A stretch of 64,000 bases of DNA from a virus. This document shows, in pieces, positions 38,134 through 46,333 of the stretch (position 1 is the first letter of the stretch; every line of letters starts with the position of its first letter). The stretch lies in the IMG/VR virus record IMGVR_UViG_3300042197_001007, one strand, 5' to 3'. Below the pieces are notes generated by a model that was not told the origin of the DNA, did not search any database, and was given only the letters and a program-made list of their open reading frames with translations. Position numbers and translations under genes: made by a program.

Positions 38134-41100
38134 TCAGCTGAAGTTTGTATTGCCTTGACCGAATACTCTAACGGTTCCAGAAGCATCCTGAACGATAATA
38201 AATGTAAGAATATCTGTGTTTGATGTAGCAAGTGGTGGAGAACCACCAGACCAACGAACACCATTTGATACTGCTGTTCCATCAACAGTACAAGCATCTC
38301 CATATGTAGCAGCAGTATTGCCTTCTAGGATCAACGTAATTGTTTTTGATTGACCGTTAGTAAGACCAACACCAGTAAATGCCCAGGTGTTGATAGCAGT
38401 TGTAGTTGGTTTTCCAAGAAGTGTGTTGGCACCAGCAGTACTGATTGTAAGAGTATTGGAAGTTGGTGTAAGTGTTGTTGTAAAGCTGTTGAATACTTTT
38501 TCAGTAACGACACCACCAATCTTTACAAATCCATCAACAGTTAGATTTGTAAGTGTTCCTACAGATGTGAGTGAAGAGTTGACAACTGTGGTTCCAAGTG
38601 TGGTTGTATTGAGAACAAGTTGGTTACCAATTACAAACTTCTTACCAGGCGCAAGTTCAAGGTTCTCTGAAATTACCCAGTACTTATCAGTTCTGCTGTG
38701 GTCGTACAGAATAGTCTTGTTTGTCGCTCCCTTCAGAATAATACCACCACCATCAGCTCCAAGATCAGTTGGACCAGTTGCTTCAAATGTGGCAGTTCCA
38801 GTTGATCCAGAAACAGCAGCAGATAGAACAGCAGTATTGCCAGTAATTGAAACGATATATGTTCCTGCTGGGACCGAGATACCACCAGTCAGGGAAACCA
38901 GCGTCATACCAGGAATTAATCCTGATGTTGGAGTAATCGCCGTGATTGTTGTTTGACCATTTTGAACGTTTGCTGTAAATGTTGTAGTAACTACAGCAGC
39001 AAGTTCAATATTTTTATCATCAACAGTCATTATGTTTGAATTAACTGTTGTTGTCGTTCCATTTACAGTTAGGTTACCATCAATAGTTGTGCTTCCATTT
39101 ACTCGGAAGTCTTTTGGAATGGTAACGTTAAAAGAACTATCTCCACGGATCCATGCTTCAGTTCCAGATGCGATAACTAATTGGTTGCTTCCACTTGCGC
39201 TTGGAGGAAGATACGTTGGGTTAGTAGCATTTTCATCTGGTGCTGGTCCAATTAGAACATTTCCACTGCCAAGCAATCCATATCCAGCAAAATGACCAAT
39301 ACAAACATTATAATTTCCGCCAATATTTGATTCTAAAGAATTTGATCCGATCGCAACATTACCATCTCCGTCCTGGTTAAGAAGTTGCGAATCTCTTCCA
39401 ACTGCTACGTTAGAAAATCCAGTAGAATTTGCTCTCAGTGCTCTGTACCCAACTCCAACATTACTTGCTCCAGATAAATTTGTAAGTAAAGTTTCAAATC
39501 CAACGGAAGTATTCTGTGATCCAGAAGTATTGTTTTCTAAGCAGTTAAATCCAATTCTTGTATTTGTATTGACAGCACCTCCACCTCTACCAATTTTCAT
39601 TGGTGATGATCCACCGCCACGAATAGTAATATCAACATTCGCAAAGTTTGCTGTACCATTTACAGTAAATGTATCTCCAGAAACTGTATTAGCAGTAAAG
39701 TTCTTAGAAACTGTTAGAGAGTTAGCAATCGTTGTTGTTCCAGTAGAAGCAGCAAAATTCAACGATGTAGCAGCACCAAAGGCATTCACAGTTGTTGCCG
39801 ATGTATCAAACATAGAGAAAGTGCTGCTGTTTGTAGTAACACTTGTGTTAAATTGTGGGCTAGAAGAGAAGACAAGAACACCAGTTCCTGTACTATCAGA
39901 AACAACACCTCTCAATTGAGTAGAAGTTGTAGTGGCAAATGAAGCAAGAGTGTTTGAAGAGTATGCTACTTGAGCACCAGCGCCGCCGCCAGTACCAAAG
40001 TTAATTGTAGAACCATCAGTTCCATTAAAAGTTAGTGTATTGTTTAAAGTAATTGTCTTTAAGTTTGCGACAGTAACAGTGGCATTTGCTGTGGTTGTAA
40101 TTGCCAATCCATTGATGGACGTTGCTGTAGCAGCACCAAGAGCAGGAGAAGTTAATGTTGGAGATGTAAGTGTCTTGTTTGTTAATGTTTGCGTTTCATT
40201 TTCAGTAACAAATCTTTTGGCAACAGATCCATCATAGGATCTCCAATATGCTCCAACTTCATACCATTCTAATCTATTAAAACCAGTTACAGTTCCAGAA
40301 GAGTTTGTAGTTCTATTAACTTGGATACCAGCATCAGTTCCAGTAAGACTATTACCTCTTCTTAGTTCAACAATATTATCGGCAACAGATAATGTAGTTG
40401 TTTCAATAACTGTATTTGTTCCAGTTACGTTTAAGTTTCCATTAATTGTTACAGTTGTTCCGTCATCAGTAATAATCGCATTTGCTAATTGTCCATTAGC
40501 ATTATCCCACTTAATAATTCTGTTATCAATTAAGTTAGCAGCATTTTTAATTGAATATTCTGTGCCGCCAGTAAGTGTTAATCCTTCCCCTGCGCTAAAA
40601 GAAGCACCAGTATCAGTATTAACTGAACTAATTTCAATAGTTGTTACTCCAGCAGCACTTGTTTGCGAAATACTAGAAGCACCAGAAGCAATAAATCTAA
40701 AGTTACCAGCAGCAAGAACATTAGATGGACCAGATGCTATTTGAGTAACAGTATTGGTGTCTGTACTATCAATAGAAATCGTATTACCACTTTGAGATAC
40801 TGTTACATTTCCCCCAGATCCACCTTGAATTGTAATATCTCCAGATTGAAATGATCCAGATCCACCACCCTTTAATCTTGTTACTGTATCAGACGAGGTA
40901 ACTGTTATTGTTGGTTTGCTATCAACATCAACCCCTTGTGTAAGACTTACAGCAGTTCCAGCTAAAAATGTGAAATCTCCAGGCGCAAATGCTTGTCCAG
41001 TTCCAGCACGTAGACGAGTAATTGTATCGTTATCTACTGTATTAATTGTAATTGTTCTTGTTCCAGCATCTTGTGATACCGTAGATGCTCCAGTAGCAGC

Positions 41101-41724
41101 AATAGTAATTGCTCCAGATTGAGCAGTACCACCAGTCGCTGATTGAATTGTAGTTACAGTATTATTATCAACAACATGTCCAGAAATCGTGATCGTATCA
41201 TCTGTTCTATCTAAAAATAAAGAAACGGCATTAGATCCAGCTGGAACTGATGCTGGAGTTGTTACAGCAATTGTTACATCATCAGTAACCCCAGCACCAG
41301 AATTTCCACCAGATGTTAAACGAATTCTTTTTTGTGCGGCAGATGTTCCATCAATTGCTGAAATAGCATATGTTGTATTATTATCAGGTGTTGTTACTGA
41401 TCCACCAAGAGCAATTGTAACACCATTGATAGTAATGCCAGAATTAATTAGAGAACTATTTGAAATATTGGTGAGAATATTATTACTTCCAGATATAACG
41501 CACGTCTCAAGAGTTTTATTAGTAATAGTCTGTGCTTGCGTTAGATATACATCACCTGGCGTCCCCCAGAAAACTGTAGATCCATTACTAGTTAAATATT
41601 TTCCATTGCCACCATCCCCACCAATAACGATACCATTACCAGTGAATTCTATTCTATCTCCAGATGCTATTTCTTCAATCTTTCTGGAAACAGCATTAAC
41701 GATTAATGGAAAGCGGTCAGCCAT
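38134..41724 (-). CDS. Tail fibre protein (1196 aa)
   Basis: MADRFPLI N-terminus, YadA-like N.AVG repeats, VDDKNIEL, ADGGGIILKG. Confidence 0.8.
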   Translation of the reverse strand: MADRFPLIVNAVSRKIEEIASGDRIEFTGNGIVIGGDGGNGKYLTSNGSTVFWGTPGDVYLTQAQTITNKTLETCVISGSNNILTNISNSSLINSGITINGVTIALGGSVTTPDNNTTYAISAIDGTSAAQKRIRLTSGGNSGAGVTDDVTIAVTTPASVPAGSNAVSLFLDRTDDTITISGHVVDNNTVTTIQSATGGTAQSGAITIAATGASTVSQDAGTRTITINTVDNDTITRLRAGTGQAFAPGDFTFLAGTAVSLTQGVDVDSKPTITVTSSDTVTRLKGGGSGSFQSGDITIQGGSGGNVTVSQSGNTISIDSTDTNTVTQIASGPSNVLAAGNFRFIASGASSISQTSAAGVTTIEISSVNTDTGASFSAGEGLTLTGGTEYSIKNAANLIDNRIIKWDNANGQLANAIITDDGTTVTINGNLNVTGTNTVIETTTLSVADNIVELRRGNSLTGTDAGIQVNRTTNSSGTVTGFNRLEWYEVGAYWRSYDGSVAKRFVTENETQTLTNKTLTSPTLTSPALGAATATSINGLAITTTANATVTVANLKTITLNNTLTFNGTDGSTINFGTGGGAGAQVAYSSNTLASFATTTSTQLRGVVSDSTGTGVLVFSSSPQFNTSVTTNSSTFSMFDTSATTVNAFGAATSLNFAASTGTTTIANSLTVSKNFTANTVSGDTFTVNGTANFANVDITIRGGGSSPMKIGRGGGAVNTNTRIGFNCLENNTSGSQNTSVGFETLLTNLSGASNVGVGYRALRANSTGFSNVAVGRDSQLLNQDGDGNVAIGSNSLESNIGGNYNVCIGHFAGYGLLGSGNVLIGPAPDENATNPTYLPPSASGSNQLVIASGTEAWIRGDSSFNVTIPKDFRVNGSTTIDGNLTVNGTTTTVNSNIMTVDDKNIELAAVVTTTFTANVQNGQTTITAITPTSGLIPGMTLVSLTGGISVPAGTYIVSITGNTAVLSAAVSGSTGTATFEATGPTDLGADGGGIILKGATNKTILYDHSRTDKYWVISENLELAPGKKFVIGNQLVLNTTTLGTTVVNSSLTSVGTLTNLTVDGFVKIGGVVTEKVFNSFTTTLTPTSNTLTISTAGANTLLGKPTTTAINTWAFTGVGLTNGQSKTITLILEGNTAATYGDACTVDGTAVSNGVRWSGGSPPLATSNTDILTFIIVQDASGTVRVFGQGNTNFS

Positions 41725-41776
41725 TTATACTTACCAACAGATACTAGTTCTCTGGTTTATTTATGTCTGTCAAAAA

Positions 41777-41847
41777 AGCGGACAACGGGGATCGAACCCG
41801 TGATTTCAACTTGGAAGGATGACGTGTTACCGCTACACCATGTCCGC
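41777..41847 (-). tRNA. tRNA-Gly(UCC)
   Basis: Loop CTTCCAA, U73. Confidence 0.95.
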
Positions 41848-41871
41848 AAGGTGGGGGATGTCAACCCCCCG

Positions 41872-41945
41872 TGCTAGGCTCGCCACCTAGTTTTGACTGA
41901 ACTAGGAAACAGGCGGGAGAGAGTCCCATCCGCACCACCAATTCT
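41872..41945 (-). ncRNA. wcaG/manA-type cyanophage structured RNA
   Basis: UGGUGCGGAUGGG..CCCGCC..CCUAGUU/AACUAGG..GUGGCGAGC matches the recalled consensus; not confirmed by a covariance model. Confidence 0.6.
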
Positions 41946-41962
41946 TTGAGGAAATTGGAAAC

Positions 41963-42172
41963 CTACTTCGGTTCGGAAACGAAGTTGTTAATGATATCTG
42001 CTTGTTTGAGAACTTCATTTAGTGTAGGAAACTCAGGAAGTTTTAGTTCCTGCTTTCCAGTTTTTTCATTCCATTCTCTAGCAGTATCATATTTTACGCA
42101 GAACTCATCGTTCAGCATATGATATGCTTGCTTGAAAATTTCAAAGCGAAGCTCGTAAGGTGTTTTGGACAT
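41963..42172 (-). CDS. Hypothetical protein (MSKTPYELRFEIFKQA..)
   Basis: ORF track; AGGAG RBS. Confidence 0.8.
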   Translation of the reverse strand: MSKTPYELRFEIFKQAYHMLNDEFCVKYDTAREWNEKTGKQELKLPEFPTLNEVLKQADIINNFVSEPK

Positions 42173-42194
42173 TTTGTATCTCCTGTGTGTATGT

Positions 42195-42300
42195 GTGTGT
42201 TATCGAGGGGGTCCCGACCAGGGTTTTTTACGTGTCTCCATCACGGGCATTTACGGGGATGACTCCACCAGGATAAGTTTATAGTCTTTCCAGGACTTAA
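42195..42300 (-). ncRNA. Candidate structured RNA (manA-like 5' part)
   Basis: GC-rich intergenic GGAAAG..CUUAUCCUGGUGGAGUCAUCCCCGUAAAUGCCCGUGAUGGAGACACG..CCCUGGUCGGG; CGUG/CACG hairpin. Confidence 0.4.
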
Positions 42301-42302
42301 TA

Positions 42303-42617
42303 TCAAAGTTTTAGAATGTCATCTGACATACCACCACGAACATTACTAAAACTGATTACATTATCATATGGTTGTTCATCAAGACCACTAAGGGTATAAT
42401 TTACATAACCATTAGAAAGATAATCCGAGGTCAGTTTGAATTTATAATCGCTGGTATTATCAGTAAAGCGAATAGGATAAGCATTCAAAATACTCTTCAC
42501 TTTACCAAGAGCATCAAACAGTTCAGACAGTTGAACATCTTGCTTTTCAGCGAGAGAATTGATCAGGGCTTGGCGCAGTGCTTCTTCAGCAGTTTCAATA
42601 TGAGAACGAACAGTCAT
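42303..42617 (-). CDS. Hypothetical protein
   Basis: ORF track. Confidence 0.7.
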   Translation of the reverse strand: MTVRSHIETAEEALRQALINSLAEKQDVQLSELFDALGKVKSILNAYPIRFTDNTSDYKFKLTSDYLSNGYVNYTLSGLDEQPYDNVISFSNVRGGMSDDILKL

Positions 42618-42622
42618 GGTAA

Positions 42623-42862
42623 TCAATCAAATTTACGGTAAGCACCCACTTCTGGGTCGGGATCTAACCACTTGGTATATTCTGGATCTTCCAAGCACAC
42701 ATCAAGTTGCATCTGGTTGTCAAGGAAATACATGTCAGTATAACGCTTGGTCCATTCATTGAACTTTTGGATACGATAGTCAGGTTTGCCGTTGATCTCT
42801 AGGAGACCACACTGGACATAACGATAAGGGGAACGTTCAAGAATTACAGTGGGTTTGGTCAT
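42623..42862 (-). CDS. Conserved cyanophage hypothetical protein
   Basis: ILERSPYRYVQCG..PDYRIQK..KWLDPDP. Confidence 0.75.
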   Translation of the reverse strand: MTKPTVILERSPYRYVQCGLLEINGKPDYRIQKFNEWTKRYTDMYFLDNQMQLDVCLEDPEYTKWLDPDPEVGAYRKFD

Positions 42863-43107
42863 GAAGCATCGTCGTGATCAAAGTAATTATCCCACAGTTC
42901 ATCGTCGTTGTCAAGAGGTTGTGCCGCTTTTGAAATTGTCTTGAGGTCAATTCCAGCTTCCTCAACCATAGATGCTGGGATCATGGCAACAGCAGATCCA
43001 TCATCTCTACGAATGATGTATGTTTCTCCCTGTTCTACACGCTCAACGATTTCATCAAAATTTTTTTCAAGTTCAAGTTCAGTGATTTCAATAGTTTCTT
43101 CAGACAT
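42859..43107 (-). CDS. Phd/YefM-antitoxin-like protein
   Basis: ITELELEKNFDEIVERVEQGETYIIRRDDGSAVAMIP resembles the Phd fold. Confidence 0.55.
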   Translation of the reverse strand: MSEETIEITELELEKNFDEIVERVEQGETYIIRRDDGSAVAMIPASMVEEAGIDLKTISKAAQPLDNDDELWDNYFDHDDAS

Positions 43108-43351
43108 TACAGCAGATATCATTTTTTTGTAGATATTTAACAGTTTCTTGGCATCCACCAAGTTGAATACCATCTAAGGTAATTTGTGGGAATGTAGATC
43201 CTTCACCAAATTCAGCATAGAATTCATCAATGGTAAAATCTTTATCTAATTCATAAACAACATGGGTAAAACCTTCATGTTCCATTACAGCAATACATTT
43301 TTCGCAGAATGGACAACCTTGTTTTGAATAGATTGTAAAAGACATTGGCAC
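43100..43351 (-). CDS. Glutaredoxin
   Basis: YSKQGCPFC..TFPQI..GG. Confidence 0.9.
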   Translation of the reverse strand: MPMSFTIYSKQGCPFCEKCIAVMEHEGFTHVVYELDKDFTIDEFYAEFGEGSTFPQITLDGIQLGGCQETVKYLQKNDICCNV

Positions 43352-43373
43352 CTAAAAAATTATATAGTAAAGA

Positions 43374-43447
43374 TCGGGGTGATAGGATTTGAACCTACGG
43401 CATCTCGCTCCCAAAGCGAGTGCTCTACCAAACTGAGCTACACCCCG
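43374..43447 (-). tRNA. tRNA-Pro(UGG)
   Basis: CGGGGTG acceptor, loop TTTGGGA. Confidence 0.95.
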
Positions 43448-43477
43448 ATGAAAGGGAGGTTTCCCTCCCAGTATATA

Positions 43478-44359
43478 TCAGAACTTGATACCGAGACCAG
43501 TGGTGAACACAGGCGAATAGGTTCCGTTAGTAGCACCGTAGCTGTTAGCAGCATTGGTGGTGGGGAACTTCAGATCAGCAAAACCAACCAGTGAGTTGGT
43601 GATACGACCTTCAACGCCAAGAGCAAGCACAACCTGTCCACGATTACCAACAGCAGACTGATAGTTAGCATCAGAATTGTTCACGAAAGGAACCTGATAA
43701 CCAACACCAGTATAGAGATTGGCACGGCTCACACCAGACTTAGCACGAGAAATGCTCCAGTCATAAGACACGAGAGCACCACCAGCACTACCGATGTTGC
43801 CAGAAGGACCAGCAACAGCATTCAGGTAAGGGCGAACAGACACAGCATTCTGGTTGCTAAAGGTCTTCACAGCGTAGCGAGCCTGGAGGGTAGCACCACC
43901 AATGGTCTTCTGAGCGGTCTGACCAGCACCAGCAACACCCTGTTGGTTCAGCAGCGCACCAACGCCAACATAGTTGCCAACGCCCTGTGCCTTCTGAGCA
44001 GCAGCAAGTTCAAGAGCACTTACACGCTTGTTGGTAGCAGCGAGCTCACGGGAGAACTCGGCACGAAGAGCAGAGGCAAGACGAGCATCAGCTTCACTGT
44101 AGAAAGTGGTGATGTTGTCAAGGCAAGCGTTGGTGAGAGCAGCAAGTTCAGCACGGGTGGCAGTACGACCAGCCTGGAAAGTGCCATTAGGATAACCAGC
44201 AACACAACCATAACGTGAAACCAGATTTGAGATTGCCTGATAGGACCACTCAGTAGGTTGAACATCTTTCAGTTGTGAAACACTGGTGACTTGTGCCATG
44301 GCAGGAGCTGCGATAGAAGCAGCAGCAATGCCAGCGGCGAGAAATGAACGAATTAGCAT
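43478..44359 (-). CDS. SLH-domain outer-membrane protein (cyanobacterial porin-like N-terminus plus small beta-barrel)
   Basis: Signal peptide; SVSQLKDVQPTEWSYQA..RYGCVAGYPNGTF..TRAE; C-terminal GLGIKF. Confidence 0.8.
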   Translation of the reverse strand: MLIRSFLAAGIAAASIAAPAMAQVTSVSQLKDVQPTEWSYQAISNLVSRYGCVAGYPNGTFQAGRTATRAELAALTNACLDNITTFYSEADARLASALRAEFSRELAATNKRVSALELAAAQKAQGVGNYVGVGALLNQQGVAGAGQTAQKTIGGATLQARYAVKTFSNQNAVSVRPYLNAVAGPSGNIGSAGGALVSYDWSISRAKSGVSRANLYTGVGYQVPFVNNSDANYQSAVGNRGQVVLALGVEGRITNSLVGFADLKFPTTNAANSYGATNGTYSPVFTTGLGIKF

Positions 44360-44404
44360 AATTTCCTATAAAAAGAGCGACATGTCATCCCTAAAATTAG
44401 GGAA

Positions 44405-44491
44405 CGGAAGGTGGGAGAGTCGAACTCCCAAGGGCTTTAACACCTCAACTGTTTTCAAGACAGGTTCCGTCGCCAATCGGATTGACCTTCC
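44405..44491 (-). tRNA. tRNA-Ser(UGA)
   Basis: Long variable arm, loop CTTGAAA, G73. Confidence 0.92.
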
Positions 44492-44670
44492 ATATATTGA
44501 AATTGTCCTTCGGTATTATAGAACAATTTGTGGTTTTCTGTCAATACATAGTAACCTGTCAATTCCTTTCCATCATCTGTCCATCCATATGAAATAACTT
44601 TTTCATTCACCCGATCATGTTTTTTGTCCGTGTGAAGATAGTGATTATAACGTTGATGGAGATTGATCAT
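44455..44670 (-). CDS. Hypothetical protein overlapping tRNA-Ser
   Basis: ORF track; the last 12 codons lie within the tRNA. Confidence 0.65.
   Translation of the reverse strand: MINLHQRYNHYLHTDKKHDRVNEKVISYGWTDDGKELTGYYVLTENHKLFYNTEGQFQYMEGQSDWRRNLS
44515..44544 (-). promoter_or_regulatory. sigma70 promoter for tRNA-Ser and the porin-like gene
   Basis: TTGACA-N18-TATAAT. Confidence 0.7.
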
Positions 44671-44921
44671 TAGCGTACCTCAAAGTCTAGTTTGCGAACT
44701 TTACGTTTGCGTCGTTCTTCTTGGTATTTTAGGTCAGCATTTGATAACATTGGTTGTTTCTTAACATTCTTTTCAGAATTGATTAACACAACTTTGGATA
44801 GGTCAAGAGCAGATATTTGATCTCCTCTAACAGATGTCATGTTTGGACATCCACAACACTTAGTTTTCGTTGGGTGAGCCTCTAACTCCTTCCCGCAGTT
44901 CTTGCATCTGATTGATAACAT
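44670..44921 (-). CDS. Zn-finger-like hypothetical protein
   Basis: CKNC..CGCPN. Confidence 0.75.
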   Translation of the reverse strand: MLSIRCKNCGKELEAHPTKTKCCGCPNMTSVRGDQISALDLSKVVLINSEKNVKKQPMLSNADLKYQEERRKRKVRKLDFEVR

Positions 44922-45021
44922 TTTTCAGCATTCCTTTAATTTCGTCAAGTTCTTCGTGAATATCTTGATGGTGGAACCGCAAAGGTCCCTGAATAAGTTT
45001 GTTAAAAGTTTTCTTTTTCAT
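44860..45021 (-). CDS. Hypothetical protein (MKKKTFNKLIQ..HHQDIHEEL)
   Basis: Internal ATG after tRNA-Val. Confidence 0.65.
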   Translation of the reverse strand: MKKKTFNKLIQGPLRFHHQDIHEELDEIKGMLKNVINQMQELREGVRGSPNEN

Positions 45022-45037
45022 AGTTTGAGATGAAAAA

Positions 45038-45109
45038 TGGGCGATACTGGAATCGAACCAGTGACTTACCACTTGTAAGGAGGCCACTCTACCGCTGAGT
45101 TAATCGCCC
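45038..45109 (-). tRNA. tRNA-Val(UAC)
   Basis: Loop CTTACAA. Confidence 0.92.
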
Positions 45110-45112
45110 ATA

Positions 45113-45195
45113 TGCTCCAGAGAAGATTTGAACTTCCACGCTTTTTAAGGCGGCGGATTCTAAGTCCGCTGTGTCTACCGTTCCACCACTAGAGC
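45113..45195 (-). tRNA. tRNA-Leu(UAG), long variable arm
   Basis: Loop CTTAGAA. Confidence 0.92.
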
Positions 45196-45209
45196 ATAGT
45201 TACTGGGTA

Positions 45210-45238
45210 ATTCTACAGTATTTAGATCATCTTGTCAA
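45210..45238 (-). promoter_or_regulatory. Composite promoter inside the tRNA array
   Basis: TTGACA-N17-TAGAAT with TAAATA in the spacer. Confidence 0.7.
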
Positions 45239-45251
45239 GGGCATTTGAAAG

Positions 45252-45325
45252 CGTCCTCTGTAGGATTTGAACCTACGACACATCGGTTCGTAGCCGATTG
45301 CTCTATTCCACTGAGCTAAGAGGAC
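45252..45325 (-). tRNA. tRNA-Arg(ACG)
   Basis: Loop CTACGAA. Confidence 0.93.
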
Positions 45326-45328
45326 AGG

Positions 45329-45400
45329 CGAAGGGTGAGGGATTTGAACCCCCATCGCAAGGTTTTGGAGACCTGCATCTTACCATTAGACCAACCCAAC
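45329..45400 (-). tRNA. tRNA-Trp(CCA) with mismatched acceptor stem
   Basis: Loop CTCCAAA; U2-U71 and U3-U70 mismatches. Confidence 0.75.
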
Positions 45401-45404
45401 AAGG

Positions 45405-45478
45405 TGTCCGTGAGAGGATTTGAACCTCCAACAAATAGATCCTTAGTCTATTGCCTCTTCCAATTGGGCTACACGGAC
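45405..45478 (-). tRNA. tRNA-Leu(AAG), short variable arm
   Basis: ATAGA-CTAAGGA-TCTAT anticodon arm, A73. Confidence 0.8.
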
Positions 45479-45480
45479 AA

Positions 45481-45551
45481 CTGAGAAACTAGGACTCGAA
45501 CCTAGATAAACTCCTTCAAAGGGAGTTGTCCTACCATTAGACGATTTCTCA
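45481..45551 (-). tRNA. tRNA-Gln(UUG)
   Basis: U1-A72, loop CTTTGAA. Confidence 0.9.
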
Positions 45552-45555
45552 TTAG

Positions 45556-45631
45556 AGTTCAGGGTGGGATTTGAACCCACGGTGATAGAAGTTTTGCAGA
45601 CTTCCGCATTCGACCACTCTGCCACCTGAAC
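45556..45631 (-). tRNA. tRNA-Cys(GCA)
   Basis: Loop CTGCAAA, U73. Confidence 0.92.
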
Positions 45632-45633
45632 GG

Positions 45634-45705
45634 GGTGTCGTATGGGATTTGAACCCATCTACCCAGTTTCACAAACTGGTTCCTTGACCACTAGGATAAC
45701 GACAC
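45634..45705 (-). tRNA. tRNA-His(GUG)
   Basis: Loop TTGTGAA, C73, no encoded G-1. Confidence 0.88.
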
Positions 45706-45706
45706 A

Positions 45707-45778
45707 TAGCAGTAGGTAGATTTGAACTACCGACCATAGGCATATGAGACCCGTGCTCTACCACTGAGCTATACTGCT
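45707..45778 (-). tRNA. tRNA with CAU anticodon (Met or Ile2)
   Basis: Loop CTCATAT; weak anticodon stem. Confidence 0.8.
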
Positions 45779-45782
45779 AAAA

Positions 45783-45864
45783 TGGACGCTGACCTGATGG
45801 ATACTCTTTCTGCGGAGGGAGGCGTCAGTCTTTTATATCCTAGCAAGCACCTTGCTGGAGTCCA
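45783..45864. ncRNA. Candidate pseudoknotted non-tRNA element in the tRNA array
   Basis: TGGAC/GTCCA, CTGAC/GTCAG, AGCAAG/CTTGCT and crossing GGATA/TATCC pairings. Confidence 0.45.
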
Positions 45865-45865
45865 A

Positions 45866-45948
45866 CGGAAGATGTTGGGATCGAACCAACGGAGGTTTTA
45901 TCCTCACGGTTTAGCAAACCGCTGCATTAACCACTCTGCCAATCTTCC
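45866..45948 (-). tRNA. tRNA-Ser(GCU)
   Basis: Loop TTGCTAA, long variable arm. Confidence 0.9.
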
Positions 45949-45951
45949 ATA

Positions 45952-46023
45952 TGGAACCGACAAGATTTGAACTTGTGACCGCTCGGTTATCAGCCGAGTG
46001 CTCTACCACTGAGCTACGGTTCC
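45952..46023 (-). tRNA. tRNA-Ile(GAU)
   Basis: Loop CTGATAA. Confidence 0.93.
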
Positions 46024-46027
46024 AAAG

Positions 46028-46100
46028 TGGGAATTGGTGGACTTGAACCACCCACGCAAGGTTCTTCAAACCTTCGCTCTACCAGATGAGCTAAATTCCC
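46028..46100 (-). tRNA. tRNA-Phe(GAA)
   Basis: Loop TTGAAGA. Confidence 0.9.
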
Positions 46101-46104
46101 AAAG

Positions 46105-46176
46105 TCCAGAAGGTTGGATTTGAACCAACGTCCTCACCGCCCCAAACGGTGCCGTCTACCACTGACTTACTCCTGG
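46105..46176 (-). tRNA. tRNA-Pro(UGG), second divergent copy
   Basis: CACCG-TTTGGGG-CGGTG anticodon arm. Confidence 0.85.
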
Positions 46177-46180
46177 ATGA

Positions 46181-46252
46181 TAGTCTCAACGGGACTTGAA
46201 CCCGTGTCTACACTGTGAAAGAGTGTTGTCCTAACCACTAGACGATGAGACC
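46181..46252 (-). tRNA. tRNA-Glu(UUC)
   Basis: Loop CTTTCAC. Confidence 0.9.
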
Positions 46253-46256
46253 AAAG

Positions 46257-46329
46257 CGACCCTAACGGGATTTGAACCCGTGATACCACCGTGACAGGGT
46301 GGCGTGATAGACCACTTCACTATAGGGTC
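46257..46329 (-). tRNA. tRNA-Asp(GUC)
   Basis: Loop CTGTCAC, G73. Confidence 0.92.
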
Positions 46330-46333
46330 AAGG

